From: Treponema sp.
GTDB taxonomy: Bacteria; Spirochaetota; Spirochaetia; Treponematales; Treponemataceae
Assembly: GCA_016296575.1 (NCBI GenBank)
Contig: JAEDJA010000008.1
Coordinates: 3,921 to 67,920 of the forward strand
Direction: 5' to 3'
Length of the DNA stretch: 64,000 nucleotides
The notes beneath the pieces were generated by a model. It saw only the letters and a program-made list of their open reading frames with translations. It made no database searches and was not told the origin of the DNA. Position numbers and translations under genes: made by a program. Positions 8,296 through 17,417 of the stretch are shown piece after piece. The first letter of the stretch is position 1. Each line of letters starts with the position of its first letter.

Positions 8296-9404
8296 TGAGT
8301 AATTTGATTTTAAACAACAGCCCTGCCCTTACCTGGACTTGGCTTAGAATGAACAAAGCCAGAATTGAAGATGATTTGAACAGCTCAATTGATTTTTCAA
8401 ATGCAGAATACAATATCATTTCAAAACCAGAATCAGTAAAAATTATTGATTTAAAGGACTTCTCTACAAAACTAAAGACTCCATTATCTGCAGTTTTTAA
8501 CAAAACATCTGAACTTGGAATTCAATATAAATCTGTAGAAGAAGAAAATGTAACAGAACTTAGTGCAAAAGATACATTGGTAATACAGGCCTCAAAAAAA
8601 GAAACTGATCCCATTGTAATTAATGTAAAAGCAAAAGGAAATACGGCATCAAATCAGATTATCCATGCACTTTCCGGCTCTGAAGTTAAGGTAATTCTTA
8701 TTTCTGAAAGTGAAAATGAGGAAGGAGTAAATCTTATTCGTACAAAATGTTATGCAGAACAAGATTCTAAAATCCATATATGCAAAGTTCAGCTTTTAAA
8801 AAACGGATATTACCATATTGATTCAACAGAAAATGTGTGTGGCGAAAATGCAACCGTTGTTTATACTGAGCTTCAGCTTGGTGCAAAGAGTGTTTATACC
8901 GGCTCTTACACTGATCTTTCCGATTACAAAGCTTCTTACAAATCAGATACTGCATATTTTAGAAAAGGGAATCAGAAAATCGACATGAACTATGTCTGCT
9001 GCCACAATCATCAGGGCAAAAAAACTAATTGTTCAATGTCTGTTGCTGGTACTCTTAAAGAAGATGCAGCAAAGATTTACCGTGGAACAATTGACTTCAA
9101 AAAAGGCTGTTGTGGTGCCAAGGGAAATGAAATTGAAGAAACTCTTCTTCTTTCACCTAAAGCAGTTAACCGCTCAATTCCTATGATTCTTTGTGATGAA
9201 GAAGATGTTGAAGGCGAACATGGTGCAACAATCGGCCGCTTAAACGATGACATGCTTTTTTATATGCAGACTCGGGGAATTCCAAAAAATAAAGCAGAAA
9301 GAATGATAAGCAGAGCAAAAATTATACAGGTTGCAAATCTCATAGATCACGCCTGTACTATGGCTCAAATTGAAGATTATCTGGATAAGGAAGCAGGTTT
9401 ATGA
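8295..9404 (+). CDS. sufD: Fe-S cluster assembly protein SufD
   Basis: C-terminal PMILCDEEDVEGEHGATIG...FYMQTRG; position in the operon. Confidence 0.9.
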   Translation: MSNLILNNSPALTWTWLRMNKARIEDDLNSSIDFSNAEYNIISKPESVKIIDLKDFSTKLKTPLSAVFNKTSELGIQYKSVEEENVTELSAKDTLVIQASKKETDPIVINVKAKGNTASNQIIHALSGSEVKVILISESENEEGVNLIRTKCYAEQDSKIHICKVQLLKNGYYHIDSTENVCGENATVVYTELQLGAKSVYTGSYTDLSDYKASYKSDTAYFRKGNQKIDMNYVCCHNHQGKKTNCSMSVAGTLKEDAAKIYRGTIDFKKGCCGAKGNEIEETLLLSPKAVNRSIPMILCDEEDVEGEHGATIGRLNDDMLFYMQTRGIPKNKAERMISRAKIIQVANLIDHACTMAQIEDYLDKEAGL

Positions 9405-10624
9405 AAGATTTCAGAAAAGATTTTCCCTTCTTTGAAACAAAAGAAAACAAAAATCTGATTTATTTTGACAATGCTGCCACAAGCCAGCGACCTAAGGTTG
9501 TTCTTGATGCAATTACTGATTTTTACAAAATAAACAATGCTAATCCGCTTCGAGGTCTTTATGAGCTTTCAGTACGAGCAACTGATGCTTACGAAAATTC
9601 CCGTGAAACAGTAAGAGACTATATCAATGCAAAAGATCTATGTGAAATCATCTTTACAAGAAATGCCAGCGAAAGTCTGAATCTGATTGCTTACACTTAT
9701 GGTATGGAAAATGTTTCCGAAGGTGATGAAATTGCAGTTTCAATAATGGAACATCATTCAAACATTCTTCCATGGCAGATGGTTTGTCGTGAAAAAAAAG
9801 CAAAGCTTGTTTTTCTTGAGTGTGATAAAGAAACAGCCGAAATTCCTGAAACTGAACTTGCTAAAATCACAAACCGAACAAAAATTGTAGCTGTTACACA
9901 GACAAGTAATGTTCTTGGAATTACAAACGATGTTAAACACATAGCTGAAATTGCTCATAAAAATGGAGCTGTTATTGTTGTTGACGGTGCTCAGAGTGCT
10001 CCACACCAAAAAGTTGATGTTCAAGATATTAATGCAGACTTTTTTGTTCTTTCCGGCCACAAATTATGCGGACCTACTGGAATTGGTGCGGTTTACGGAA
10101 AAAAAGCTCTCCTTGAAGCCATGCCACCATTTCTTCGCGGTGGAGAAATGATTGAATATGTTACACGTGAAGAAGCAACATGGGCTGAACTTCCTCATAA
10201 ATTTGAAGCTGGTACAGTAAATGCAGGTGGTGCTGTAGGAATGGCTGCAGCAATGAAATACCTGAAAGAAGAAGTTACTCTTGAATATATCAAAGAACAC
10301 GATGCAAAACTAACTGCACTTCTTATGAATGAATTAAAGAATATTCCTTTTGTAAGTGTTCTTGGCTCAAAGGATAGTTCGAAACATTCTGGAATAGTAT
10401 CATTTACTATAAATGGAGTGCATCCTCACGATATTGCATCAGTTCTTGACAGTGAAGGAATCTGTATAAGAGCTGGACATCACTGTGCTCAACCTTTGGG
10501 AGCTTATCTTGATTTACCTTCTACCGCACGTGCCAGTCTCTATTTTTACAACACAGAAGAAGAAGTGTATACTTTTGTAGATAAAGTTAGAAAAATTAGA
10601 AGCTGGATGGGCTACAAAGATTAA
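9401..10624 (+). CDS. sufS: Cysteine desulfurase SufS (group II)
   Basis: YFDNAATSQ, SGHKLCGP, RAGHHCAQP. Confidence 0.97.
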   Translation: MKDFRKDFPFFETKENKNLIYFDNAATSQRPKVVLDAITDFYKINNANPLRGLYELSVRATDAYENSRETVRDYINAKDLCEIIFTRNASESLNLIAYTYGMENVSEGDEIAVSIMEHHSNILPWQMVCREKKAKLVFLECDKETAEIPETELAKITNRTKIVAVTQTSNVLGITNDVKHIAEIAHKNGAVIVVDGAQSAPHQKVDVQDINADFFVLSGHKLCGPTGIGAVYGKKALLEAMPPFLRGGEMIEYVTREEATWAELPHKFEAGTVNAGGAVGMAAAMKYLKEEVTLEYIKEHDAKLTALLMNELKNIPFVSVLGSKDSSKHSGIVSFTINGVHPHDIASVLDSEGICIRAGHHCAQPLGAYLDLPSTARASLYFYNTEEEVYTFVDKVRKIRSWMGYKD

Positions 10625-10640
10625 TTTTTAGGAAATATAA

Positions 10641-11063
10641 ATGGACACAAAAGAACTTTACCGTGAAATCTTAAATGAACACAACCTGAATCCTATTCAT
10701 AAACTGGAAAAAGAAGGTGCTACATTTTCCTGCAATGGAGTAAACCCTTCCTGCGGTGATAACATTACCCTCAATCTTAAAGTTGAAGATGGAAAGATTT
10801 CAGACGGTTGGTTTACAGGCTCCGGCTGTGCTATATCACAGGCATCCTGTGATATGATGATCGATCTTCTTATTGGTAAAACTGAAGAAGAAGCAAAAAA
10901 ATTAGCTGATATTTTTGACCGTATGATTAAAGGAGAAGTTACTGAAGAGGAGCTTGAAAATCTTGATGAAGCTGCAGCTCTTCAGGATATTTCCCATATG
11001 CCGGCCCGCGTAAAATGTGCAATGCTTGGCTGGAGAACAATGAAGGAAATGCTGGGTCTATAG
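10641..11063 (+). CDS. sufU: SufU sulfur-transfer/scaffold protein
   Basis: NPSCGD, GCAISQAS, RVKCA. Confidence 0.95.
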   Translation: MDTKELYREILNEHNLNPIHKLEKEGATFSCNGVNPSCGDNITLNLKVEDGKISDGWFTGSGCAISQASCDMMIDLLIGKTEEEAKKLADIFDRMIKGEVTEEELENLDEAAALQDISHMPARVKCAMLGWRTMKEMLGL

Positions 11064-11089
11064 ACATAAAGGCCGATTTTTGCTATTAT
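11061..11089 (+). promoter_or_regulatory. tRNA-Arg promoter
   Basis: TAGACA-17 nt-TATTAT with a TG extended -10 element. Confidence 0.6.
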
Positions 11090-11099
11090 ATATTCAGTT

Positions 11100-11174
11100 G
11101 GCGCTTTAGCTCAGCTGGATTAGAGCAATTGCCTTCTAAGCAATAGGTCGCCTGTTCGAGCCAGGCAAGCGTCA
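11100..11174 (+). tRNA. tRNA-Arg(UCU), CCA not encoded
   Basis: Acceptor GGCGCTT/AAGCGTC, D-arm TAGCTCAGCTGGATTAGAGC, anticodon stem ATTGC-CT TCT AA-GCAAT, T-loop TTCGAGC. Confidence 0.96.
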
Positions 11175-11178
11175 TTTT

Positions 11179-11208
11179 AGAGTCACCATTTACGGTGACT
11201 TTCTTTTT
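11179..11208. terminator. Intrinsic terminator downstream of tRNA-Arg
   Basis: AGTCACC-ATTTAC-GGTGACT followed by TTCTTTTT. Confidence 0.8.
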
Positions 11209-13013
11209 TAACGGATCAGACAGATATTTCCGCCAGTAATACCCCATCTATCAAAACAATAATCATTGATCATTTTTGCAGCATCTTCAAAATATATTCC
11301 CTTTGTTTCTTTTACATAATCAGAAAGTACTTTTGTATATTTCATAACACTTCCACGACCAGCAAGACTAACAAAATATTCTGCTACCTGATTCTGAGGC
11401 TGTTGCAAAAGATAGGCCATGAATTCATTCTGCATAAGATAATCATCATTAGTATCATAGCCAAGATTATCCTGGGATTTAAAATAATCAATCAGGAAAT
11501 TCAAAGAGTTTGAATCACAGGTATAATAACAGGCTGTAATATAATTACGGAACTCTTCATCACTGAAATAGAACATATGCCATCCTTCATGCGCAAAAAG
11601 TCTGTCACGAAGCCAGCCATTTGATTCCTGGGAAATAGATAAAATACATCCTTCACCAGCATCAAATCCATCCCCGGATTCAATAATTATTTTATTATGA
11701 ATAAGAATTTCTTTTAAAAGCTCTTCTTCATTAGTCAAAAGAAAATGTTCTGCTTTTGCTTTAGTAAAAAATTTTGCAAGACTTTCTGCAGAATAATCAT
11801 GAGCATTATAATCATGTTTTCCATTCAATTCTTCATTTGTAAGAAGCCGACCTTTATATCCTTGTTTTTCAATAAAAAAAGCAAGTCTTCCAAGAAATTT
11901 TGACTGAACAGAATAATTCTTAAAATCAAAAATCAGGTAATTTGGAAAACGGTCCCAGCAAAAGAGCTCATAGTCTGGATTACGCCATTTTGAGGGTGAC
12001 CAGTTCAAAATAAGACCAGGATCAGCAGCATATGGAATAAGCACTTTTCCGTTTGTTTTAGACTTGTAATTAGGTGAAGTTGAAGACATTGTAATTCCGC
12101 TTACATATTCTGCTCCAGACTTTACTTCAACAAGTGAAAACGGATTCTTTAAAGGCAGCACAGGAATTTTTATCTCCTTTAATCCAGGTGCAGTTTTTAA
12201 AGAAAAGTTTTCTCCACCAATTGTAATATCAATCTTATTCTGAATAAATTCCTGATTGTCATCTTCACTAGATTTTTTAAGCCCTACTGTTATTGTTGGC
12301 ATATTTGAATATGCTGTTTCATAAGTTGGAAAAACAAATTCACTGCCTGAAAAATCTACGGCTCCCAAAAATTTTGAAAGCTTTCCACCATTAGAAGAAA
12401 AACAATAGCTTGTAATCTCACTATCAACGGTACCAGTTATTGCTGGAATTGCTATTATACTTACAAGTTTAGTTTTCTGCTGTGCACAGAAAGTAAATCC
12501 TTTGGGAATCTTAACTTTATCTGAATTTTCTATTTTAGGAAGGGCAAATGTAATCATTACAAAACGATTATCTGAAACCAGTGAAAGATTTCCAGAAACT
12601 TCTACCCTTTCTGTATAAACATTTATATAATTTCCTTTAGCATCAAAATCAGAATCATAAAGATAGGATAGTTTGAAATCATTTTCGGTATAATCTCCAA
12701 GTTCTTCAAAAAGAAAAGACATGGACAGAGTTTTATCAAGCTTTGAAGTAAATTCAATATCTTCAATCTGCTTATCAGTAAACTTAAACAAAGCATATCG
12801 TCCATTTTGAACAATACCTTTCTGAGCCGGTACGGAAAGGGCTTTTGCATAGGAAAACTCACTGTTGGCAGAAGTAAGAAGAGGAACTTTGGAAGACTGA
12901 GTACCTATATAAGGTCTAATAAGAAAAAATATAATAACTGCAAGAGGAACAGAAACTATAAAAAATTTCTGTGTATCATTAAGCTTTTTCCATAAATCTT
13001 TTAGTTTTTTCAT
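11208..13013 (-). CDS. Membrane-anchored hypothetical protein with an HExxH zinc-metallopeptidase-like C-terminal domain
   Basis: N-terminal TM helix FFIVSVPLAVIIFFLI; FAHEGWH followed by QNEFMAY. Confidence 0.7.
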   Translation of the reverse strand: MKKLKDLWKKLNDTQKFFIVSVPLAVIIFFLIRPYIGTQSSKVPLLTSANSEFSYAKALSVPAQKGIVQNGRYALFKFTDKQIEDIEFTSKLDKTLSMSFLFEELGDYTENDFKLSYLYDSDFDAKGNYINVYTERVEVSGNLSLVSDNRFVMITFALPKIENSDKVKIPKGFTFCAQQKTKLVSIIAIPAITGTVDSEITSYCFSSNGGKLSKFLGAVDFSGSEFVFPTYETAYSNMPTITVGLKKSSEDDNQEFIQNKIDITIGGENFSLKTAPGLKEIKIPVLPLKNPFSLVEVKSGAEYVSGITMSSTSPNYKSKTNGKVLIPYAADPGLILNWSPSKWRNPDYELFCWDRFPNYLIFDFKNYSVQSKFLGRLAFFIEKQGYKGRLLTNEELNGKHDYNAHDYSAESLAKFFTKAKAEHFLLTNEEELLKEILIHNKIIIESGDGFDAGEGCILSISQESNGWLRDRLFAHEGWHMFYFSDEEFRNYITACYYTCDSNSLNFLIDYFKSQDNLGYDTNDDYLMQNEFMAYLLQQPQNQVAEYFVSLAGRGSVMKYTKVLSDYVKETKGIYFEDAAKMINDYCFDRWGITGGNICLIR

Positions 13014-13059
13014 CTTCTATATACTACAATATTTTTAAATAAAGAACTATACTAAAAAT

Positions 13060-13485
13060 ATGGTGGCTCTTGTTCTAAATCCAAACGATGAACTTATTAT
13101 AAAAAACTATACATCTACACTTATAAGAGAAAATAACGCCCAGGAAATATTACTTTACCCTTCTTTTCCATTCTTTTACTTATTTGAAGAGGAATTTTCT
13201 GTTTCAAAAGATTTTATAAAGAACATCTCTGTGGTAAAAATTTTTAAACCTGTTTATAAAGAAAACAAAGTGATTTCAGAACTTGAATTGAACACCTGTG
13301 AAAATAATTGTTATAAAGCAAAACTAATTCTTGCAAAAACAAAAAAACCTTCTTCCACAATAAAGCTTATGGAAAAAGGTTTCGTTGAATCTATTAAAAT
13401 TTTTAGAATTGCAGACGTGGATTTTTTCCAGGAAAATAATCTGGTTACCTGGAAAATCAACGACAGTCTTTGGAAAAAGCTTTAA
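13060..13485 (+). CDS. Hypothetical protein (141 aa)
   Basis: The ORF fills the gap between neighbours and overlaps the topA stop. TATACT lies 6 nt upstream of the ATG. Confidence 0.65.
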   Translation: MVALVLNPNDELIIKNYTSTLIRENNAQEILLYPSFPFFYLFEEEFSVSKDFIKNISVVKIFKPVYKENKVISELELNTCENNCYKAKLILAKTKKPSSTIKLMEKGFVESIKIFRIADVDFFQENNLVTWKINDSLWKKL

Positions 13486-15629
13486 TCCTCATCTGCAGTT
13501 ACAGGCATTTCATCCACTTCATCTGCCGAATGCAGGTAATCACAGTTTGGATTGATACAAGACTTATAAGATCCGTTCTTTTTATCATATTTTTCAACCA
13601 GGAACCATCCGCATTTTGGACAATAAGAATCAATAGGTTTGAAATGTGAGATAAAGTTACACTCAGGATAATTAGTACATCCATAGAATTCTTTTCCACG
13701 GCGCTTAGTTTTTCGTGCAACAATTTCACCATTACAGCCATCAACAGGACATTTTGCAAGTGGAACTGATTTTGTATTATGGCACTCTGGGAATCCTGAA
13801 CATGCAAGGAAGAATCCAAAACGACCAAGTTTTTTAATCATTGGTTTTCCACAGTCTTCACAAATCTTATCAGTCTGTTCGTCAAGGAAACCTTTAATAC
13901 TTTCCTGATTCTTTTCAACTTCACCTACCCGTTTAATAAAAGGACCATAGAAATCACCAATCATTTCGGTCCAAATTAAATCATTTTGAGCAATATCATC
14001 AAGTTTATTTTCAATTTCTGCAGTGAAGCTTTCATTAATTACTTCAGGGAATGACTCAACAAGAATCTTATTGATCATACGACCAAGCTGAGTTGGAATG
14101 AGCTGTTTGTTTGATCTTGTAACATAGTAACGATCCAAAAGAACAGAAATTATGGAAGCAAATGTTGAAGGACGTCCAATTCCTTTTTCTTCAAGCAGTT
14201 TAACAATTGAAGCGTCAGTATAACGGGCAGGTCCCTGTGTAAAATGCTGTTCAGGACGGAATTCTTTTGGATCAATACTGTCACCTTCTTTCATTGAAGG
14301 AAGACTTGGAGATTTTTCTTCTTTTGATGAAAGCAGTTTAATTACATGATAGAAACCTTTTTCTGTAACCTTGCTGGAAGCAACACGGAAAACGGCATCT
14401 CCACTGGTAATTTCAACACTTGTAGTAGTTGTCTTTGCATTATTCATCTGGCTTGAAACAAATCTTTCCCAGATAATTGAATAAAGACGATACTGATCAT
14501 GAGTAAGGTATTCCTTAATGCTTTCAGGCGTATAACTTGTATAAGTTGGACGAATACCTTCATGGGCATCCTGGGCTTTTTTACCAACTTCATAAGAAAT
14601 TGGTTCTGCTGGAAGATCCTGAGGGAAATTTGTGCCAATCCATTTTCTTACATCGTCAAGAGCAGTCTGAGAAATACGAACTGAGTCGGTACGCATGTAA
14701 GTAATAAGACCAACCCGGTTTGAACCAATAGCAATACCTTCATAAAGCTGTTGGGCAATCTGCATTGTTTTACGGGATGTAAATCCTAATCTATTGGCAG
14801 CTGCCTGTTGCATTTTTGAAGTTGTAAAAGGAGGTTTTGGTCTAACTGTTTTTTCTGTTTTCTTGATAGAAGAAACTGTGCATGGATTATTTTTAATTGC
14901 TTCAATAATGTCTTTTACAGTGGCTTCATTTTTAAGTTCAGGTTTATCACCTTTGTATGATACAAGCTGTGCAGTAAATGACTGTTTACCTTTCTGAAAA
15001 TCAGCTTCCAAAGTCCAGTATTCTTCTGGAATGAAATTTTCAACTTCATCTTCCCGTTCACAAATCATGCGGAGAGCAACTGATTGAACTCGGCCTGCAG
15101 AAAGACCGTTTTTGATTTTTTTCCAAAGAATTGGTGAAAGATTATAACCTACAAGGCGATCAAGAACACGACGAGCCTTCTGTGCATTTACCATGTATTC
15201 ATTGATTTCACCAGGATTTTTTACAGCTTCCTGAACAACATTTGGTGTAATTTCAGGAAAAACAATTCTTTTGATTTCTGCTTTGGTTTTATCCTGAAAT
15301 GCATTTCTTAAATGCCAGGCAATTGCTTCTCCTTCACGGTCCGGATCCGATGCAAGGAAAATTCGATCAGCTTTTTTTGCTTCTTTCTGAAGATCTTTAA
15401 GGATTTTTGCCCTTCCGCGAACAGTAATATATTCAGGCTGAAAATTATTTTCAACATCAACAGCCATTCTGGATTTTGGAAGATCAATCAAGTGTCCCAT
15501 AGATGAAAGAACAACAAATCCAGGACCAAGATATTTTTCGATAGTCTTTTGTTTTGTTGGAGATTCTACAATTACAAGAGTCTGGCCTGTTTTAGTCTTC
15601 TTTGTTTTTTTTGCGGTGTTTTCTGCCAT
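13482..15629 (-). CDS. topA: DNA topoisomerase I
   Basis: IVESPTK, ASDPDREGE, SAGRVQS, catalytic ITYMRTDS, C-terminal zinc ribbons. Confidence 0.98.
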   Translation of the reverse strand: MAENTAKKTKKTKTGQTLVIVESPTKQKTIEKYLGPGFVVLSSMGHLIDLPKSRMAVDVENNFQPEYITVRGRAKILKDLQKEAKKADRIFLASDPDREGEAIAWHLRNAFQDKTKAEIKRIVFPEITPNVVQEAVKNPGEINEYMVNAQKARRVLDRLVGYNLSPILWKKIKNGLSAGRVQSVALRMICEREDEVENFIPEEYWTLEADFQKGKQSFTAQLVSYKGDKPELKNEATVKDIIEAIKNNPCTVSSIKKTEKTVRPKPPFTTSKMQQAAANRLGFTSRKTMQIAQQLYEGIAIGSNRVGLITYMRTDSVRISQTALDDVRKWIGTNFPQDLPAEPISYEVGKKAQDAHEGIRPTYTSYTPESIKEYLTHDQYRLYSIIWERFVSSQMNNAKTTTTSVEITSGDAVFRVASSKVTEKGFYHVIKLLSSKEEKSPSLPSMKEGDSIDPKEFRPEQHFTQGPARYTDASIVKLLEEKGIGRPSTFASIISVLLDRYYVTRSNKQLIPTQLGRMINKILVESFPEVINESFTAEIENKLDDIAQNDLIWTEMIGDFYGPFIKRVGEVEKNQESIKGFLDEQTDKICEDCGKPMIKKLGRFGFFLACSGFPECHNTKSVPLAKCPVDGCNGEIVARKTKRRGKEFYGCTNYPECNFISHFKPIDSYCPKCGWFLVEKYDKKNGSYKSCINPNCDYLHSADEVDEMPVTADED

Positions 15630-15632
15630 TTT

Positions 15633-16679
15633 CTATACCTCTATATTATCTTCAAAAAGAGAAAGCTGTATTATTCCTCTATTACTTGAAAAACTTCGTT
15701 GGCCAGGAGCTTCTTTCATGAAATTACAAAAATCCATGTAGTCTTCAATTACAGGAGCTCCAGCTTCCACAAAGCTTTCCACGGTATGTTCTATTTTACT
15801 TCTGGACACCTGTTTATGAGCCAAACGAATATCCAGTTCATGTTTTACAAGTTTATTTACTTTTTCTGCCTGTTCACCAAAACAAGCCTTATGGAATACA
15901 AGATCCCGTCCCATCTGAAGGGCATAATCGGCAGTTATTAGAGCCCCACTTCCTGGTGGTGCCTGAGTAACAACCGTTACTGGCGTTAAACCGGCAATAA
16001 GTCTGTTTCTGTGTACAAAATGCCAGTTTGCAGTAGGTACCATAGGTGCATATTCACTTATGAATAATCCGCCATTTTCAAGAACTTTTTCTGCAAGCTT
16101 CAGATTGGTTCTTGGTGTTATTTCATCGATGCTACATGGTAAAACACATACCGTAGGTGCAAAACCCAGCTTGGACTCTTGAAAATATGCTTCTAATGCA
16201 CCTTTATGTGCAGATGCATCAGCACCAAAAGCAAATCCAGAAACAATTACCTTTCCATCCAATGCAGCTTTCTTTGAAAAACTTGAGGTTGCATTCCTTC
16301 CATATGGAGTAAGCCGTCTTGTGCCCACTACAGATATTCCAGGATAAAAAAGATTTTCAATTCTACCTCTGTAAAACAGCAGATATGGTGGATTTGAAAT
16401 TTCCTTCAGCAAAGAAGGATAAGCCTTATCTTTTATATGAACAAAGCCTATCTTCATCCTGTTACAAACCAATAATTCTTTTTGGGCCTCCCGCAGATTA
16501 TTTTCAGGATTATATTCAGTCCTGAAAGAAAAATCTCGACCTACCAAAAAAGAAATATCGGTAATGGAAAGTCTTGAAAATTCTTCTGCCGTAGCATACT
16601 TCTCTTCAAGAAACAACTTCTCAGCACACGTTAAAAACGTAAGCCTTGCCAGCGAAAAAACTAATAAACTCTCTCTCAT
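15633..16679 (-). CDS. dprA: DNA processing protein DprA/Smf
   Basis: YPSLLKEISNPP, VVGTR, VSGFAFGADASAH, FVHRNRLIAG, SGALITA; adjacent to topA. Confidence 0.92.
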   Translation of the reverse strand: MRESLLVFSLARLTFLTCAEKLFLEEKYATAEEFSRLSITDISFLVGRDFSFRTEYNPENNLREAQKELLVCNRMKIGFVHIKDKAYPSLLKEISNPPYLLFYRGRIENLFYPGISVVGTRRLTPYGRNATSSFSKKAALDGKVIVSGFAFGADASAHKGALEAYFQESKLGFAPTVCVLPCSIDEITPRTNLKLAEKVLENGGLFISEYAPMVPTANWHFVHRNRLIAGLTPVTVVTQAPPGSGALITADYALQMGRDLVFHKACFGEQAEKVNKLVKHELDIRLAHKQVSRSKIEHTVESFVEAGAPVIEDYMDFCNFMKEAPGQRSFSSNRGIIQLSLFEDNIEV

Positions 16680-16699
16680 TTCCTCTCCGAAATGTTTAT

Positions 16700-17416
16700 T
16701 TAATTATATGAAGCCTCCAATATGATTTTTTTATTATTTTCAGCCTCAATTCTACGTTCATCAGACTTTGTATTTGCAAGAACTCTGTCGTACATTTCAA
16801 TAGCTTTTTCAAACTCGTAATTCATGTAGTAAGCTCTGGCAAGTACGAACATTGCATCAAGATGGCGGGTATCAATTGAAAGAAGTTTTTCCAGATATGG
16901 AATAGCTTTTTCGCTTTCATCCAGCTCAAATACATAAAGTACACCAAGGGCATAAAGAGCACGAGTGTACCTGTCATCAATATTTACAGCTCTAAGATAA
17001 GATTCTTCAGCAAGTTTTAGATAATTATATTTTTTGTCCTGATTTCCTGTGGCATCAAAATCAAGGGAAGCATGGCTCAAATAACCTGCACAAACTCCAA
17101 CATAGTAATAAAGATTCTGATTGTCTGGATAGTAAAAAAGAGCCTGTTGAAAAGCTTCAAGAGCCGGACCGTACATTTTATTATCAAGGTAGCGTGTTCC
17201 AAGGATTTTGTACCAGATACCAATTTGGCTCATTGCAAGCTGTGTATCTGCAACTCTTTTCTGATATTTTCCAATAGCTTCCTTTAATTCTTCAACTGAA
17301 GTTGGACTTCCCACACCTTCTTCCATCTTCTGATGACGAATCACTGTTTTATTTGAAACACCACAAGAAACAAGAAGAAGGGAAATAAAAATGAAAGCAG
17401 TAAGAATCTTTTTCAT
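16700..17416 (-). CDS. TPR-containing lipoprotein
   Basis: Likely start at MKKILTAF (17416), with lipobox LLVSC and TPR repeats. Confidence 0.85.
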   Translation of the reverse strand: MKKILTAFIFISLLLVSCGVSNKTVIRHQKMEEGVGSPTSVEELKEAIGKYQKRVADTQLAMSQIGIWYKILGTRYLDNKMYGPALEAFQQALFYYPDNQNLYYYVGVCAGYLSHASLDFDATGNQDKKYNYLKLAEESYLRAVNIDDRYTRALYALGVLYVFELDESEKAIPYLEKLLSIDTRHLDAMFVLARAYYMNYEFEKAIEMYDRVLANTKSDERRIEAENNKKIILEASYN

Positions 17417-17417
17417 A

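Noticed and set aside
2200..11174. Genomic island integrated at tRNA-Arg
   Set aside because: No integrase and no duplicated tRNA 3' end were seen, and the candidate genes lie on the 5' side of the tRNA.
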